A stretch of 63,010 nt of DNA, the filler included, from Octopus bimaculoides (taxonomy: Eukaryota), in the NCBI RefSeq assembly GCF_001194135.2. It is 6 parts of 5 records of this genome, joined end to end, with 100 filler letters (N's around TTAATTAATTAA, not from the genome) between each part and the next. Parts side by side here need not be neighbours in the genome. Positions count along the whole stretch, not along the records: positions 60,859 to 63,010 come from NC_068982.1; 5 more parts are not named here. The stretch is one strand, 5' to 3'. Position numbers and translations under genes: made by a program. The notes under the pieces are model-generated. The model saw nothing but the letters and a program-made list of their open reading frames with translations, had not been told where the DNA came from and made no database searches. Shown here one piece after another: positions 62,825 to 63,010 of the stretch. Position 1 is the first letter of the stretch. Each line of letters opens with the position of its first letter.

Positions 62825-63010
62825 GTGAATCCCTAAAACTCGAGAACTACGCAACCAATTTCATTCAAATTTTACACATGCCTTACTTAGGGTTCCAGTT
62901 GTGTTTTAGTCAAAAAAAATTTTAACTTCTTGCAGAGTTCGAGCCCACGGCAACATAATATCTCCTCCACTATTTAAGTATTACGTGTCAAAAGTGAAAC
63001 AAAAACACTC
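62744..63010 (+). mobile_element. Non-autonomous Helitron 5' portion (copy 2), running off the right edge
   Basis: A|TC start; near-identical to 12584-12846. Confidence 0.75.

Overview
Eukaryotic, AT-rich, microsatellite- and transposon-saturated DNA. The SINE families and repeat style suggest an octopus-type cephalopod genome (inference). Five 100-bp spacers (44 N + TTAATTAATTAA + 44 N) show it is stitched from at least six scaffolds, so adjacency across them is unproven. Almost every long ORF is a mobile-element remnant: R4/Dong-like, Penelope-like (PLE), Tx1/L1, RTE and CR1-type LINEs, a Ty3/Gypsy element, Tc1, mariner, Merlin, Helitron, a hAT MITE and four SINE families. The only credible host gene is a partial model for a secreted PAN/apple-domain protein (exons at 58757-58769 and 60320-60649). 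The most interesting signal is non-coding: nine type I hammerhead-ribozyme-like motifs from about seven sequence families, found by eye. All have a palindromic, near-loopless helix III, as in PLE/retrozyme dimeric hammerheads. Most lie beside or inside local inverted duplications. Positions 3 and 8 of the core appear as C-G, U-A and G-C in different copies. One hammerhead-bearing repeat family brackets an apparently full-length Tx1 LINE. No folding program, database search or activity assay was run; all structures were paired manually.
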